Source of the DNA: a virus
Taxonomy: Duplodnaviria > Caudoviricetes
DNA: 64,000 nt
Virus record (IMG/VR): IMGVR_UViG_3300031867_000031
Location: 1-64,000 of that record
Direction: 5' to 3' (one strand)
The translations under genes and the position numbers were made by a program. The notes under the pieces are model-generated. The model had not been told where the DNA came from and searched no databases. It saw nothing but the letters and a program-made list of their open reading frames with translations. Position 1 is the first letter of the stretch; the number at the start of each line of letters is the position of its first letter. Positions 40,486 to 48,302 of this stretch are shown here, one piece after another.

Positions 40486-40857
40486 ATGTCGTATGATAGA
40501 GATGGTGATATTTTTAAGCTTCATAATATAGGAGTCTCGGATATGAAACTTTCAGAGTTTTACAAATTGTCTAAACAACGAATTCGTCAAATTATTTTTG
40601 AGCAACGTCGTAGACATAGAAAAGGCAACCCTGATATTCCACAAATTGATACCATGTGCAGAATTCTTGGTTGGAGAGAAAATGAGAGAGGAAAACTTCA
40701 ATCGATTTTGCACAAGAATGGATACACTTCGTATGATGATAAATGGCGAGATTTATCCTCGGATGATATTTTAGCCATACCTTTGTTGGGGCCGTCTGCT
40801 GTGTGCATTATTTGGCTTGCTCAAAACATGGATGACGAAACGGATTCGACTAAATAG
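40486..40857 (+). CDS. sigma4-like HTH plus alphaCTD-like HhH protein
   Basis: YKLSKQRIRQII HTH; LSSDDILAIPLLGPSAV HhH. Confidence 0.6.
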   Translation: MSYDRDGDIFKLHNIGVSDMKLSEFYKLSKQRIRQIIFEQRRRHRKGNPDIPQIDTMCRILGWRENERGKLQSILHKNGYTSYDDKWRDLSSDDILAIPLLGPSAVCIIWLAQNMDDETDSTK

Positions 40858-40868
40858 GATTTGGATAT

Positions 40869-41057
40869 TTGATGATACTTTTAGTTATTAGCATTTTGGT
40901 ATCTATAACGATAGATGCTTCGCTTAAAGTAATTAGTTTTATGAGTATGTATTCGAGATATATGAGTTCTGCATATTTGAAATTTATTAGAGCGCAAATT
41001 GCTATTAGCATAATCGAGCTATTTAGTATTGCGTTGTTGATAGTTCGGTTGGGTTAG
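40869..41057 (+). CDS. Small membrane protein
   Basis: Two hydrophobic segments. Confidence 0.45.
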   Translation: MMILLVISILVSITIDASLKVISFMSMYSRYMSSAYLKFIRAQIAISIIELFSIALLIVRLG

Positions 41058-41071
41058 GAGGGTAAAAGATT

Positions 41072-41699
41072 ATGGAGTATCTTCCGACTTTTATTGATCA
41101 ATTAGATGTAGATTATATTTCACATCATGGAATTAAAGGAATGCATTGGGGGTATAAGAAGGTATCAGAATGCTGATGGTTCTTTGACACCTGCTGGAAG
41201 AAAACGGTATGACGAAACAACAAAGCTTATGCGACGTGCTGATTCTTATGAATCTGCTGCTAAACATTTAAATTCGCAAATACATCCTAACAAAAGTAGG
41301 ATAGAACGCGCTAGAATAATGACTCAAGCTGTAAAAGCACAACAAAAAGCGGATCGTATACGCTCAAGATTAGACCCCGATATTGTTTCTAAAATTGAAC
41401 AGGATAGAAAAATTGAATTGAAGAAAAAGCAAGCGGCAAAAGAAAAAGAATGGCATAATAGTCCATCTAGCAGAAGATATCGTTTTATGGATGACGCAAT
41501 GCATGAAGTATTTGGAGCAAATACCAAAAGTGATTATAGGAATCTATATAGAGAAATGAGTAAGGACAAACGTTTTAAAAATTTATTAGATTCTGAAGAT
41601 AATGATGATTACAAAGAAGCAGAAGCGGCTTGGCTTAAAAAGCATGGGTATTGGGAATCATATTTAGATGCTATACATAATGGTTATAAAGACATATAA
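41072..41699 (+). pseudogene. HHG-motif cargo protein 8, frameshifted in a G5 run
   Basis: MEYLPTFIDQLDVDYISHHGIKGMHWG then extra G in 41148-41152; GIRRYQNADGSLTPAG continues in another frame. Confidence 0.75.
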
Positions 41700-41729
41700 T
41701 CTCATATAGGATGATTGGTTAGTATATCT

Positions 41730-41772
41730 GGGGCTGGATGTCGTAAGATTTCCAGCTCCTTATATTTTTTTT
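41730..41772 (+). terminator. Intrinsic terminator
   Basis: GGGCTGGA...TCCAGCTC hairpin then T-tract. Confidence 0.65.
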
Positions 41773-41833
41773 GCCTACCTCGCTAAAAAAACTTTCCTAA
41801 AATAAGAGAAAGTTCTATAAAGGAGGTAAAGAA

Positions 41834-42058
41834 ATGAGTGAAATAAAATTTAGCGATAGAATGATATTTGCAACAAAGCATTTGATCAAGAGCATAGAGT
41901 TGTCGGTAGATAATTCTGTAGCATCTATAAAATCGATTGGTATGTTATCAAGAGGTAATATGGAGCAATGGAGTTATTCTCGAAGCTCTATGAAGACTAG
42001 AAAAGCTGCTAAGAATGTACATATTAAAATCGCTAAAGCAGCGATGGTTGTAAAATAG
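41834..42058 (+). CDS. Hypothetical cassette protein
   Basis: Promoter 41780, AGGAGG RBS. Confidence 0.7.
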   Translation: MSEIKFSDRMIFATKHLIKSIELSVDNSVASIKSIGMLSRGNMEQWSYSRSSMKTRKAAKNVHIKIAKAAMVVK

Positions 42059-42199
42059 AACTTTTTAGAGAAGTCGATGTATAGAAAGTTTATGCATGGA
42101 CTTTCTCTTTTTTTGTTATATTTACCTTTTGTAAAAATTTTTGTCTCGTTAAATTTACCTTTTGTATTATAAGAAGGGCGCTAGAAGGAGCGATGAAAA

Positions 42200-42355
42200 A
42201 TGAAGTGCGAAATTTGTAAGAAGAACAATGGACGGAAGTATAAAAGTGAAGTGTTTGATACGATTTGTCTTTGTGACAAATGTGTTAAACAACTTGGCGG
42301 AAAGAAAAAGGCCATTGAGGCTTATGAAATTGGGAATGTAGTTTTTGTTAAGTAG
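42200..42355 (+). CDS. Small zinc-finger protein (51 aa, not in track)
   Basis: MKCEICKK...CLCDKC; promoter 42146; GAAGGAG RBS. Confidence 0.7.
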   Translation: MKCEICKKNNGRKYKSEVFDTICLCDKCVKQLGGKKKAIEAYEIGNVVFVK

Positions 42356-42446
42356 TATTTAACCAGCGCCCTTCTTTTTACCATTGATTATATTTTTTCG
42401 CATTTTTAACTTTTATTTATATAGGATTCTATGAAAGGAGATAAAA

Positions 42447-42698
42447 GTGTATTTGACATCTTTTGAACAAATGTTATTGCAAGATCACATACAAGTTTAT
42501 AAGAATCGACGCGAAGCATTGTTAATAGATCTTAATATTTATAAGATGGATGTTAGCTTTATGCGAGATGCAATAAAGCGTAATGATTATAAAAGATATA
42601 AGGTTTGGAAAAAATTCGTATACAGATCATATAAACGAGTAAAAGTAACAGCACTACAAGTGTTGAAATACATGTTTGTTTATGCAAGATTGATTTAG
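42447..42698 (+). CDS. Hypothetical cassette protein
   Basis: Promoter 42398, GAAAGGAG RBS, GTG start. Confidence 0.7.
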   Translation: MYLTSFEQMLLQDHIQVYKNRREALLIDLNIYKMDVSFMRDAIKRNDYKRYKVWKKFVYRSYKRVKVTALQVLKYMFVYARLI

Positions 42699-42769
42699 AA
42701 TTCTATATAGACGCCGCTTTTACAGGGCGTTTATATTTTTGTCTCGCTATAATAACCATTCATATAATG

Positions 42770-42907
42770 AGGAAGAGGAGTATAAACCCCGGCAGGCTTA
42801 GGTGTCTTACCACTGCGCGGAGCCCTAAGTCAGGTCGGACAAATAGTTCAATGGTAGAACGCCGATCTATAATGACGGAGACTCAGGTTCGAAGCCTGAA
42901 ACTTCCT
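42770..42907 (+). ncRNA. tRNA-mimic small RNA with 5-prime insertion
   Basis: AGGAAG/CTTCCT closing stem, D-arm GTTC-AATGGTA-GAAC, T-arm TCAGG-TTCGAAG-CCTGA; promoter 42744. Confidence 0.55.
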
Positions 42908-42947
42908 TTTATATTTTTGTCTCGTTAAATTTACTTTCCCTAATATA

Positions 42948-43062
42948 GGAAGAGAGGTACATTTTATGCGAATGGAACGGCTGAAAAGCAAGGCGACACG
43001 GCAGTACCTGCGGTGACCCAGTAATAGGTAGCATATAGGTTAAAGGCCTATCATTTTTTTTT
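42948..43062 (+). ncRNA. Promoter-driven structured small RNA (or 16-aa micro-ORF)
   Basis: Promoter 42922; AGGTAC/GTACCT stem; ATAGG/CCTAT hairpin plus T-tract. Confidence 0.4.
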
Positions 43063-43151
43063 CGTTATATTTACTTTTTATAAAAATTTTTGCCTCGCTA
43101 AAAATACTATTCCTAATATAGGAAAGTTGGACCTAGTAGAAAGGCACAAAA

Positions 43152-43328
43152 ATGATGTCAAAGAAGTTTACGGATGCCACGACATGCTTGCTGGTTACAA
43201 CTATCGTAAGTGGTTACGTGGTGGCCAGGTTTGCACCACGTATCGGCTATACGATAGCCTGGACCAGCTACCTGTTGGCGGCTGGGACTTCCTTGGCAAG
43301 CGCAGTTTGCGCTTTCAAGGAACTCTAG
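43152..43328 (+). CDS. 58-aa two-TM membrane peptide (frame missed by ORF track)
   Basis: GAAAGG RBS then MMSKKFTDATTCLLVTTIVSGYVVARFAPRIGYTIAWTSYLLAAGTSLASAVCAFKEL; promoter 43095. Confidence 0.7.
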   Translation: MMSKKFTDATTCLLVTTIVSGYVVARFAPRIGYTIAWTSYLLAAGTSLASAVCAFKEL

Positions 43329-43460
43329 TTCTAAAAGAGAAGTTCATGTAGAAAGTTTATACATGGGCTTTCTCTTTTTCGTTATATTTACTTTTTGTAT
43401 TTTTTTTTCGCACATTTAACTAGTCCTTATATAGGTAGAACCTATAGAAAGGAATTTACG

Positions 43461-43715
43461 ATGAGTAAGATTTATAAGATCAAGTACCTCACTTGGTATG
43501 AAGATTGGGATCGTTATATTCAACATGAGTATACATATCTGAACGAAATATCGGATCTGGAGGCAGCGATAGCAATAGCAAAATCGGTTGTCGATCAGTA
43601 CATATTATGCTCAGATGACTATGCTACATTTGAACTGAACAATCACCATTTTGGCGCATACCAAGAGGACAGGATTATGGGTCAAGCTGACGGAATTCGA
43701 GTATGGGTTGAATGA
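43461..43715 (+). CDS. Cassette protein, copy 1 (MSKIYKIKY family)
   Basis: Near-identical to 44727-44981. Confidence 0.85.
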   Translation: MSKIYKIKYLTWYEDWDRYIQHEYTYLNEISDLEAAIAIAKSVVDQYILCSDDYATFELNNHHFGAYQEDRIMGQADGIRVWVE

Positions 43716-43807
43716 GCTATAGACGCCGCTTTTATAGGGCGTTTATATTTTTGCCTCGTTGAAAATACCATTACTTATATAGGAAGAAATCCGTAGAAAG
43801 GATAGAC

Positions 43808-44038
43808 ATGAAACATTGGTATTGGGCATGCGAACTTTCTAATGGCGAATTTACTGCAAACACATTTGCGGATGCATCGTCACTTTACGAGGTTTGGAAT
43901 AAGATTGAGCAAATCTTTACCAGGCGAGTAGCAAGGGGACGTATAGATCCGACTAGTTTAACAGTAGATGAAACTGGAATAAAGTTCGTAGAGACTCGTC
44001 ATCACGACCAAATCGAGTGGCGAATTTGTATGGATTAA
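43808..44038 (+). CDS. Hypothetical cassette protein
   Basis: Promoter 43756, GAAAGGA RBS. Confidence 0.75.
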   Translation: MKHWYWACELSNGEFTANTFADASSLYEVWNKIEQIFTRRVARGRIDPTSLTVDETGIKFVETRHHDQIEWRICMD

Positions 44039-44166
44039 ACCAAAGAGAGAAGTCAATGTATAGAAAGTTTATACATGGGCTTTCTCTTTTTGTTATATTT
44101 ACTTTTTGTATTTTTTTTTCGCAATTTTAACTCATACTATATAGGATGAGTTAAGATTGGAGATTT

Positions 44167-44457
44167 ATGAAATACGAAATAAAAATCGCATGGTATTTAT
44201 CAAAAAATTTACCAGTAATCGAACAAACTATTGGGTTTTGTGATAATAAAAAGAAAGCTTATAGATTAATTGTTGGTATAGCAAAAATGATTGCTAAGTA
44301 TCAAACAATTGACTATAACTGTATAGAATTAAAAAATTGTAAACGAGGCGCTATATTTGGAAAAATTGCGATTATTGAACACTTAGATAAAATGCAACGA
44401 AAGTATGGTCCATTTTATACCCATCCACTAGTGTTAGGGAAACCTAAAAACTTATAG
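44167..44457 (+). CDS. Hypothetical cassette protein
   Basis: Promoter 44119, GGGAG RBS. Confidence 0.7.
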   Translation: MKYEIKIAWYLSKNLPVIEQTIGFCDNKKKAYRLIVGIAKMIAKYQTIDYNCIELKNCKRGAIFGKIAIIEHLDKMQRKYGPFYTHPLVLGKPKNL

Positions 44458-44508
44458 CAAGTTGATATTTAACTTGCTTTTAGTTTTTTTTACGTTAGGA
44501 GATGTATT

Positions 44509-44685
44509 ATGGTAGATGAACAGAAAAAACTTAAAAAGGTTCTCGATGATATTCAAGAAAAACTTACTCATTATCCTTCTATAGTGGATGAAGATCCAAA
44601 CCAAGATGAATATTATTTAGTGGTTTTACCATTAACAAAATCTGAAATGAAAGCGTTAGAAAAACTTATATCTTCGCACATTTAA
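44509..44685 (+). CDS. Small hypothetical protein (58 aa, not in track)
   Basis: AGGAG RBS; stop falls inside the next promoter copy. Confidence 0.55.
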   Translation: MVDEQKKLKKVLDDIQEKLTHYPSIVDEDPNQDEYYLVVLPLTKSEMKALEKLISSHI

Positions 44686-44726
44686 CCAGTCCTTATATAG
44701 GTAGAACCTATAGAAAGGAATTTACG

Positions 44727-44981
44727 ATGAGTAAGATTTATAAAATCAAGTACCTCATTTGGAATGAAGATTGGGATCGTTATATTCAACACGAGTATAC
44801 ATATCTGAACGAAATATCGGATCTGGAGGTAGCGATAGCAATAGCAAAATCGCTTGTCGACCAGTACATATCGTGCTCGGATAACTATATCACATTTGAG
44901 CTTAACGATCGCCATTTTGGTGCATACCAAGAGGACAGGTTTATGGCTCAAGCAGACGGAATTCGAGTATGGGTTGCGTAA
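44727..44981 (+). CDS. Cassette protein, copy 2 (MSKIYKIKY family)
   Basis: Duplicated together with its promoter and terminator. Confidence 0.85.
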   Translation: MSKIYKIKYLIWNEDWDRYIQHEYTYLNEISDLEVAIAIAKSLVDQYISCSDNYITFELNDRHFGAYQEDRFMAQADGIRVWVA

Positions 44982-45078
44982 GATATAGGCGCCGCTTTTA
45001 CAGGGCGTTTATATTTTTGCCTCGTTGAATTTACCTTTACTTATATAGGAAAGTAATAAACTATTCAGGAGGTAAAAA

Positions 45079-45285
45079 ATGAGTTTTTATTGCGTTTATG
45101 GCTATGCAGACAACGACTGCGGATGGACTGAAGATTTCAACAATCTCGAAGAGGCTAAAAATCGTCTTTCGGAGATTATGACAGAAGATGAGGTTGCTGA
45201 TATTACAGAGACAGAAGGCGGCGAGAATAGTATAGTGCATTACAAGACAAATGACGGATACAACTACGGAATCAGTTTGTTCTAA
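45079..45285 (+). CDS. Small acidic cassette protein
   Basis: Promoter 45022, AGGAGG RBS. Confidence 0.75.
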   Translation: MSFYCVYGYADNDCGWTEDFNNLEEAKNRLSEIMTEDEVADITETEGGENSIVHYKTNDGYNYGISLF

Positions 45286-45394
45286 CTAAAAAGAGAGGTC
45301 GACGTATAGAAAGTTTATACGTGGACTTTCTCTTTTTTATATTTACTTTTTGTAAAAATTTTTGCTTCGCTAAAATTACTATTCATATTTTAGA

Positions 45395-45567
45395 AAGGGA
45401 GAGAAACTAAGAGATCGTAGAGCCATTGCTGGTGAAAACCCAGCCATCTATGCGAACGGCCACCTGTAGTCAGCATAGACTCGCCCCTTTTATATTTGTA
45501 GCGGACCTAGGTGGTATGAGGGAGACTAGGCAAAGAGGAATCGACAAAGGTCGAGCGGTAAATCCGT
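45395..45567 (+). ncRNA. Two tandem multibranched structured RNA elements
   Basis: Promoter 45367; AAGGG/CCCCTT, GCTGG/CCAGC, CTATGC/GCATAG; then GCGGA/TCCGT, CCTAG/CTAGG, TCGAC/GTCGA. Confidence 0.4.
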
Positions 45568-45724
45568 GGGAAAAACAGGTATTTATTTTTTTTCTCGCAA
45601 AAATTACGTTTCATATAATGAGATGGAGTAGAGTAAGAATGTAGCAGGTAAACAGTGCTTGTTATATTTTTATTGCTGCTCAAAATTTTTATGGCCAAAA
45701 GTGCCAAGAGAGGAGTTTTGTAGT

Positions 45725-46069
45725 ATGAAGCTGTCAAAAGAGATTTTGGATAAACTTCGTGATGCTTGGGGTGATCAAGGCGAGCTTTATCCGTGGACGA
45801 CCGGTGCAGAGGTTCTTACGGGTATCCCGGTCATGGAAGATGAGGAACAAGATAAGGTCTCTGCGACTGATAAGAAATCGACCAAGCCGCTCTATAAGAC
45901 TTACGAAGACCTTGCTTATATTTCAGCAATGGAATCAACTCGCTGCCACATGTTGATCAATAAGCTTAAGGCCACTATTGATCTTCTTGATGCTCAACAG
46001 CAGTACTATGAAGCTATAAGTGCCATCGAGCGCGATAATGAGTCGTTTGGATTTGATCTAGACATTTAA
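45725..46069 (+). CDS. Hypothetical protein, C-terminal coiled coil
   Basis: GAGGAG RBS; terminator at 46081. Confidence 0.7.
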   Translation: MKLSKEILDKLRDAWGDQGELYPWTTGAEVLTGIPVMEDEEQDKVSATDKKSTKPLYKTYEDLAYISAMESTRCHMLINKLKATIDLLDAQQQYYEAISAIERDNESFGFDLDI

Positions 46070-46080
46070 ATGCAATAAGA

Positions 46081-46122
46081 ATATGAGAGGTGCTAATGGA
46101 ATAAGCATCTCTCATATTTTTT
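46081..46122 (+). terminator. Intrinsic terminator
   Basis: ATATGAGAGGTGCT...AGCATCTCTCATAT then T-tract. Confidence 0.8.
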
Positions 46123-46139
46123 ACTGAAAGGTTTGTGTA

Positions 46140-46412
46140 ATGAGCAAAACATGGCTAAGCGAAGACGATATTGACCCATTTGATCAAGCAGCGGTGCGTG
46201 CTTACTTACTAGACATTGAGCGAGAATACAATAAAAAACGAGAACAACTCTATTATAAAACTCAATCATATTTTCATCAATCTATATCCAGCGATTACAC
46301 TAAAGAAGAAGATCTTCACGAAATCATTAATGAGTGTGAACGATTGAAGCAGCAACATAGAGATTTTAAAAAATTTGTAGCCGATATTAGAGGAACTAAA
46401 TACGTTATTTAA
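46140..46412 (+). CDS. Hypothetical helical protein
   Basis: GAAAGG RBS. Confidence 0.7.
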   Translation: MSKTWLSEDDIDPFDQAAVRAYLLDIEREYNKKREQLYYKTQSYFHQSISSDYTKEEDLHEIINECERLKQQHRDFKKFVADIRGTKYVI

Positions 46413-46438
46413 ATAATCAAGATTAGAAAGGATCAATA

Positions 46439-46741
46439 ATGCTTGAAGTACATGTTATATTTCCTGAGCAGAAAGATGCTTATGTAGCAAATACTAGAGT
46501 GTGCGAATTTTTTCAAGGTTCGTTAGCATTTATTGATAATAATATTATCGTAACACCTGTTGTGTCAGAATACATAGGCGATCGTAAAACATGGGCGTTT
46601 GATATTTGCTTTTCCGATGAAGGCACGGACCATAGACTTGTTATTACTGGCGGCGAGCTTCTTTTGCAAAACGGCATGAGTAATGTATGGGCATTTAGTA
46701 AAGTGGACAATTATGTCAATCGAAAAGATAGCACGGAATAA
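46439..46741 (+). CDS. Hypothetical protein
   Basis: GAAAGGA RBS. Confidence 0.7.
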   Translation: MLEVHVIFPEQKDAYVANTRVCEFFQGSLAFIDNNIIVTPVVSEYIGDRKTWAFDICFSDEGTDHRLVITGGELLLQNGMSNVWAFSKVDNYVNRKDSTE

Positions 46742-47084
46742 AGAAATTTTGGCGAAACATCGAGCCGGATTGTCATATTCTGACTTAGCGAATGAATACG
46801 AAATTAGCATACCTAGAATTCGACAAATACTTCAAAAAGAACGAGCATATGGATTATCCAAGCCAAGCATGATATTTGAAATTAAACAATCATGTGAAGA
46901 TTTTAATGCTGCAGATGGTATGCTTTTCAGAATTCTAAATGCTCTACATAACGAACGTATTGATATTCACGGCAGATGGCTAAAACTATCCAGAGAGGAG
47001 ATGTTGTCAATACGAGGAATAGGTCAACAAGCCGTTGATATTTTAATACATGCACAAGAGATTGCAAAAAAAAGTGAAAGGTGA
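46713..47084 (+). CDS. sigma4-like HTH plus alphaCTD-like HhH protein
   Basis: RNKEIL...GLSYSDLANEYEISIPRIRQIL; LSREEMLSIRGIGQQAV. Confidence 0.7.
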   Translation: MSIEKIARNKEILAKHRAGLSYSDLANEYEISIPRIRQILQKERAYGLSKPSMIFEIKQSCEDFNAADGMLFRILNALHNERIDIHGRWLKLSREEMLSIRGIGQQAVDILIHAQEIAKKSER

Positions 47085-47344
47085 TACACGATATGGGTAA
47101 GATTCGATTTTTTATTAAAGGTATGCACACGACTTTTGATCTAGTTCTCATAGTAACGATATGGGCCCTTTCTGAAAAGAATACTCGTCTCGAAAATGAA
47201 ATAAAAGATTTGACAAAACAGAATCCTCGTTCACCATATTCTTTTAAGAAACAGTCGACAACCAAATCTGTACCGAAAGAACAAGCTAAGTATCCTATCG
47301 GTTTTGCATCAGTTCTTGATATTTTCGAGGATAATAATGATTGA
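47081..47344 (+). CDS. Single-TM protein
   Basis: FDLVLIVTIWAL then coiled coil. Confidence 0.55.
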   Translation: MIHDMGKIRFFIKGMHTTFDLVLIVTIWALSEKNTRLENEIKDLTKQNPRSPYSFKKQSTTKSVPKEQAKYPIGFASVLDIFEDNND

Positions 47345-47630
47345 CGCACGTGATTATTCCACATTGGAAGAACTCAAAAAAGCAATGATGCATGAGTGTG
47401 ACGCGCAAGTTTCAGAAATAATGATGTCTGAATTACGATCTTTAGATGCTGATATTTCTCAAATGCAAAGCTTAACCAATAACTATTCTTTTATTAATGA
47501 GGTAGCGAACCTTAAACGTAACGATATTTATTGGAAAGTAGATCGTATTCAAGAATTAGCAAAAAGAGTTTTTTATACAGCATTATCAATGAAAAACACA
47601 TGCCGACTTATACCAGGAGATGATATTTAA
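47337..47630 (+). CDS. Hypothetical coiled-coil protein
   Basis: GAGG RBS; coupled ORF. Confidence 0.6.
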   Translation: MIDARDYSTLEELKKAMMHECDAQVSEIMMSELRSLDADISQMQSLTNNYSFINEVANLKRNDIYWKVDRIQELAKRVFYTALSMKNTCRLIPGDDI

Positions 47631-47920
47631 TGAGGATGCCTGATAATCCGCATACTTCTGTGAAGCCTGAGGTTAGAGCTGCAATATTGGATGAGCCAGA
47701 AAAAAGATTAGATTTTTTAAAAAGTCAGGTGGTCTTTCTAGAAGAGAATCTGACGGATGATGAAAAATCTGACAAACTTATTGCAGCAAAGTTGGAAGCG
47801 TTGACGCAAAAAATTTCTCAGTTAGAAAATTTAGTAAATCAAATGAGTGACGCTTGCGAAAAAGGTGAGAAAGAAGTCATTGCATTACTTAACACTTTTG
47901 AGCCTATTAAACGTGATTGA
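47630..47920 (+). CDS. Hypothetical coiled-coil protein
   Basis: Start/stop overlap. Confidence 0.65.
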   Translation: MRMPDNPHTSVKPEVRAAILDEPEKRLDFLKSQVVFLEENLTDDEKSDKLIAAKLEALTQKISQLENLVNQMSDACEKGEKEVIALLNTFEPIKRD

Positions 47921-47979
47921 TATTCTCGCAATTTTTACGTTTTGTATAATAGGTTAGGTAGGCATAGATTGAAAAGGAG

Positions 47980-48216
47980 ATGATTGCTATGCCGAGTGGA
48001 GTTAAGATTGCGAAGTTTGTCGGTGGACTAATTGAGGTATGCTTTCTAGTGTCGTTTGTATACGAGTGCGGCAAGGAAGCTGGGCGAAAGGAGCAGCAAG
48101 AAGAGACTGCTCAGCAAGCTCAGGATCCTTCGCTGATCGATGCAAAGGACTTTGTGGAGCTGCTAAAAAATGTTGACAAGGAAGTAATCAGCAAAGCTCG
48201 GTTTACAGTTAAGTAA
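47980..48216 (+). CDS. Single-TM cassette protein
   Basis: Promoter 47926; AAAGGAG RBS; terminator 48243. Confidence 0.7.
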   Translation: MIAMPSGVKIAKFVGGLIEVCFLVSFVYECGKEAGRKEQQEETAQQAQDPSLIDAKDFVELLKNVDKEVISKARFTVK

Positions 48217-48242
48217 GCCAAGTAAAGCCTTAAAACCTATAT

Positions 48243-48277
48243 AGAAGGATCTGTAGAAATACAGGTCCTTCTTTTTT
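48243..48277 (+). terminator. Intrinsic terminator
   Basis: AGAAGGATCTGTA-GAAA-TACAGGTCCTTCT then T-tract. Confidence 0.85.
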
Positions 48278-48302
48278 ATTTTTTAAAAGGAGAATTTTTA
48301 AC

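Larger units (their letters stand above)
42707..45018 (+). repeat. Terminator family B, three copies (42707-42740, 43719-43752, 44985-45018)
   Basis: ATAG(A/G)CGCC-GCTTTTA(C/T)AG-GGCGTTTAT-ATTTTT. Confidence 0.85.
42067..45338 (+). repeat. Terminator family A, four copies (42067-42114, 43336-43379, 44046-44091, 45292-45338)
   Basis: AGAGA(A/G)GTC..TGTATA-GAAAGTT-TATACA..GG(A/G)CTTTCTCT-T-tract, with compensatory changes. Confidence 0.85.

Noticed and set aside
43127-43351. Track ORF 43127-43351
   Set aside because: RBS spacing and repeat architecture favour the 43152-43328 frame.
41780-45340. CRISPR array or integron
   Set aside because: Repeats are promoters and terminators separated by ORF-sized, variable-length units; no cas or integrase gene and no attC structure.
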